Shown: positions 60,201 through 64,000 of the stretch, piece after piece
Numbering within the stretch: the stretch's first letter is position 1
Layout of the letters: each line of letters starts with the position of its first letter
From: Sedimentisphaerales bacterium
Lineage (GTDB): Bacteria > Planctomycetota > Phycisphaerae > Sedimentisphaerales > Anaerobacaceae
DNA length: 64,000 nucleotides
Assembly: GCA_963708075.1 (NCBI GenBank)
Contig: OY970194.1
Location: 5,344,001-5,408,000 of the forward strand
Reading direction: 5' to 3'
Position numbers and translations under genes: made by a program
The notes under the pieces: model-generated
Database searches by the model: none
The model's input: only the letters and a program-made list of their open reading frames with translations
Told to the model about the DNA's origin: nothing

Positions 60201-60660
60201 TGTCGATGGACACCCACTCCGGGCACAAGTCACCGATTTCAGTGGCGAAGCCATAAGCCTTCGAGTCGGTGACCTGTTCGTTAAGAAGGGTCTTTCGCAC
60301 GATGAACTGCTCGTCGGAGGCCTTGATCGGGGGGTTGCCGGTCGTCCCTGTGGACCACTGGCTATTGGACCAGTTGAGGGCCAGCTCGATCCTGGATGGC
60401 GCCGTCGGCTGCAAAGGCCGGATCGTCAGTGAGATATTGACGGTCTTCCTGCCGGCGGGGTCCAGGGGACCGTTGTAGAACCACTGATTCCACCACCCGC
60501 TGTTTGGATAGAAGAACCAGTGTCCCTCCTGATAGCCGCTCCCGCCTCCCTGGACGACGGCCCCTTGGGTGTCCACCGTGGCAAAGAAGGTATCTTGTGC
60601 CGCCTGAACCGTCCCGCACAACAGCATCAACATCAATAGAGCATCCCTGTTTCTTCGCAT
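57298..60660 (-). CDS. Large secreted repeat protein (four KWxQ-P...ADD(W/F)...D(L/M)AF beta-rich domains, DUF7901-like)
   Basis: Signal peptide, WWNQWFYN domain, Cys-rich ACCLPDGTC module, repeated ADD / GWK / NDDAV motifs. Confidence 0.75.
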   Translation of the reverse strand: MRRNRDALLMLMLLCGTVQAAQDTFFATVDTQGAVVQGGGSGYQEGHWFFYPNSGWWNQWFYNGPLDPAGRKTVNISLTIRPLQPTAPSRIELALNWSNSQWSTGTTGNPPIKASDEQFIVRKTLLNEQVTDSKAYGFATEIGDLCPEWVSIDIRGTNVAIEDGSIEHVCVSPEPRQACCLPDGTCVSATAAECLARNGIPQGPGIDCSQAPCSCQWKEGDDHKMHWAQTPKAGGLDIAFNSLVLADDWRCSRTGPVDDLHFWVSWSQDRMVQIPGFWVTVYSDVPDPDGKGPLYSEPGQALWARFFGPGDFVIRDMPRDGQGWFDPATGQWRRDDHTSWQQIDICRIPDPFIQQEGTVYWLAVDFAQLPAIGWKQSGSAHFNDDAVWYSKSSGRWMELRDPQTRESIDLAFVITGSQPAATPEPLKWEQPAIEWNPLAASVTFCGWDEPSYAEAIPGATTSSSSYPADDFRCLGPMPVTSIHWWGSYQGWQEQAPPAIGPDGWRITFWDNTPADQTNPYSRPGKMLWQFEVGPDRVNARPAGLDRFPNQPSDSCFTYSLTLDPKEYFWQQRYDGDIFWIAITALYKTQRPDHVWGWKTRPWWWMDGAVRFVSSLTVTPTGLPISAIQIQPIEEPDACGRRAKFDMAFALDTDPDYVKWQQPFTGLRDWPHYEDEQSMSGLAQTGAIALKWLQEPDLSRTGVDMDATTDIPPLACPEILADDYQCTIPGPVTQIDIWGSWYQDILIGNDANDVTFTLSIRKDVPATASAAGYSMPGAVLWSKVFAKGQFSVEKIASDVQGFAIPCESSYEANNHQAVYQYTFTIDPAKAFMQEGTRDRPVVYWLSVQAQLIHPPRSTATRLGWKTSLQTWNDDAVWAQADEPYNGTWKPLAYPAQHPLQGRHTALAFDIITSSQNSSTVTRQVADDWLCTTPRPVVAAVWWGSYIGYDYQACGCNDQTPPVKPDYFLLSIWSDVPNSNPNDPTSFSHPGVKLWEYRAVDFDEVLVGFDKHPEQPTAAKGREPVFRYSVTLPVDQWFHQKEGVNVYWFSVVAVYSSPTAVPYPWGWTNHKHYFNDDAVAGSYVTGAGGVRWEPLEDQTGASEDMSFVLFQQPQTLGTPPLP

Positions 60661-61202
60661 GTCTGTACCCTTTCAAAATGAGACCTCCATGGGATGGGAT
60701 CCATATGGATGGACACTGTGTCTATCCTGGAAACCCCCCGGTACGTACCCGATGCACATTGGCTTCGTTTGCACGGCGAGCTCTCCTCCGCGAACGGATG
60801 AACGGGAGTGTATGTGCTGTGAAACAGGATTGGATTCGCGGAATCATCCTGACCTCACCTTCCGATGAAATGTGGACTGCAATTGGCCGGCGCATCCGCG
60901 CAACAGCCAGCACGATCCTGGAGGGACATGTTAAACTCCGGGCGGCTGGTGTCTATGGGACGAGACCTTAGTTTCGCGTCGGGGCGGCCCTGTTTCCTGC
61001 ATCGGGCAGGACACTACTGGCTTCGCTCAGGCAGGCCTTGCGTGGGAATGGCGCGGCCAATGACGTTTTGGGCGTATCCGGCCTTGTTCGTGGTTGACGG
61101 TGGCGAGGAAACCGGACCGTCGCGAGTTCGGTCGAGCCAGGACTGGATCTGACGTGCGGCGCTTGGCCTGGACCCATTTGGGCGAATGGCCCTGTCCGGC
61201 GC

Positions 61203-61323
61203 AAAAAAAGAGGGAGACAGCGACCCCCCTTGAGAACCTTGGTCAGCCATCCCCCACTGGAAAAGAAGGAAGGAGTATTATGAGCAAGTTGTTCACAAGC
61301 TTATCGTCTTGGTTACCCCTTAC
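61203..61323 (-). ncRNA. Candidate ~120-nt sRNA
   Basis: TTGCCT-N16-TATACT promoter (61330-61357); terminator AGGGGGG/UCUCCCU followed by U7; internal ACUCCUUCCUUC tract. Confidence 0.5.
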
Positions 61324-61533
61324 ATCTAAAGTATAGGCAACATTCCGCCCGAGGCAAAACGGGGAGAGCGAATTTCTGTGGGGCCTGTTCAGGGTCGTTT
61401 CCAGGGGTGCCGCAGGACGAACATCCGGGGCCAAAATCGACTATAATAAGAGTGGGAAACAAGGCGGTGGACGAATGGCCGGCGATGGTGGCTCAAGGCG
61501 GTTTTTTCCGTGAAATTGCACCCCTCAGGAGGC

Positions 61534-61562
61534 TTGACTTTTTGCGCGATTGCCGGTACTCT
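61534..61562 (+). promoter_or_regulatory. gyrA promoter
   Basis: TTGACT-N17-TACTCT. Confidence 0.5.
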
Positions 61563-61688
61563 GGCGGCCTTGGAGCAAGCTCTGACTACGGATGGTGACC
61601 GGTGTTCCATTGAGTCGCGTCACTCCCCGATTTGCTGCAATCTTGCGTGGTCGCAGCGCTCCGTTTTGTGAAAGAAAAGACAGAGGAA

Positions 61689-64000
<2,312 letters not shown>

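Overview
A GC-rich bacterial chromosomal window. Gene content (PEP-CTERM proteins, GLUG/PASTA surface proteins, Cys-rich secreted repeat proteins, ThiD2-fused thiE) suggests a Planctomycetota/Phycisphaerae-type organism (inference). Core loci are the 5' end of crcB, rnpB (RNase P RNA), a short divergent rho, thiE and the 5' part of gyrA. Accessory content comprises an MNT-HEPN and an AbiE toxin-antitoxin pair, a tandem array of four GLUG-repeat surface proteins plus an orphan C-terminal remnant, a 2022-aa alpha-2-macroglobulin, secreted glycan-active proteins, two PEP-CTERM genes, two PAS/HisKA_3 kinases, three IS elements (2x IS630, 1x ISAs1; ends and target duplications resolved) and several dispersed palindromic repeat families. 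The best lead for a little-described system is a DUF3800 (RNase H-like) gene overlapped at its 3' end by a convergent ~85-nt three-way-junction ncRNA with its own promoter and U-tract, inside a degraded insertion flanked by a duplicated thiE 5' end. Other leads are a conserved structured leader in front of three GLUG genes, a 63-bp palindromic element inserted in frame in both orientations in the macroglobulin gene, and a candidate anti-SD sRNA antisense to an 18-aa ORF upstream of gyrA. All family calls come from motif recognition by eye; no database searches were run.
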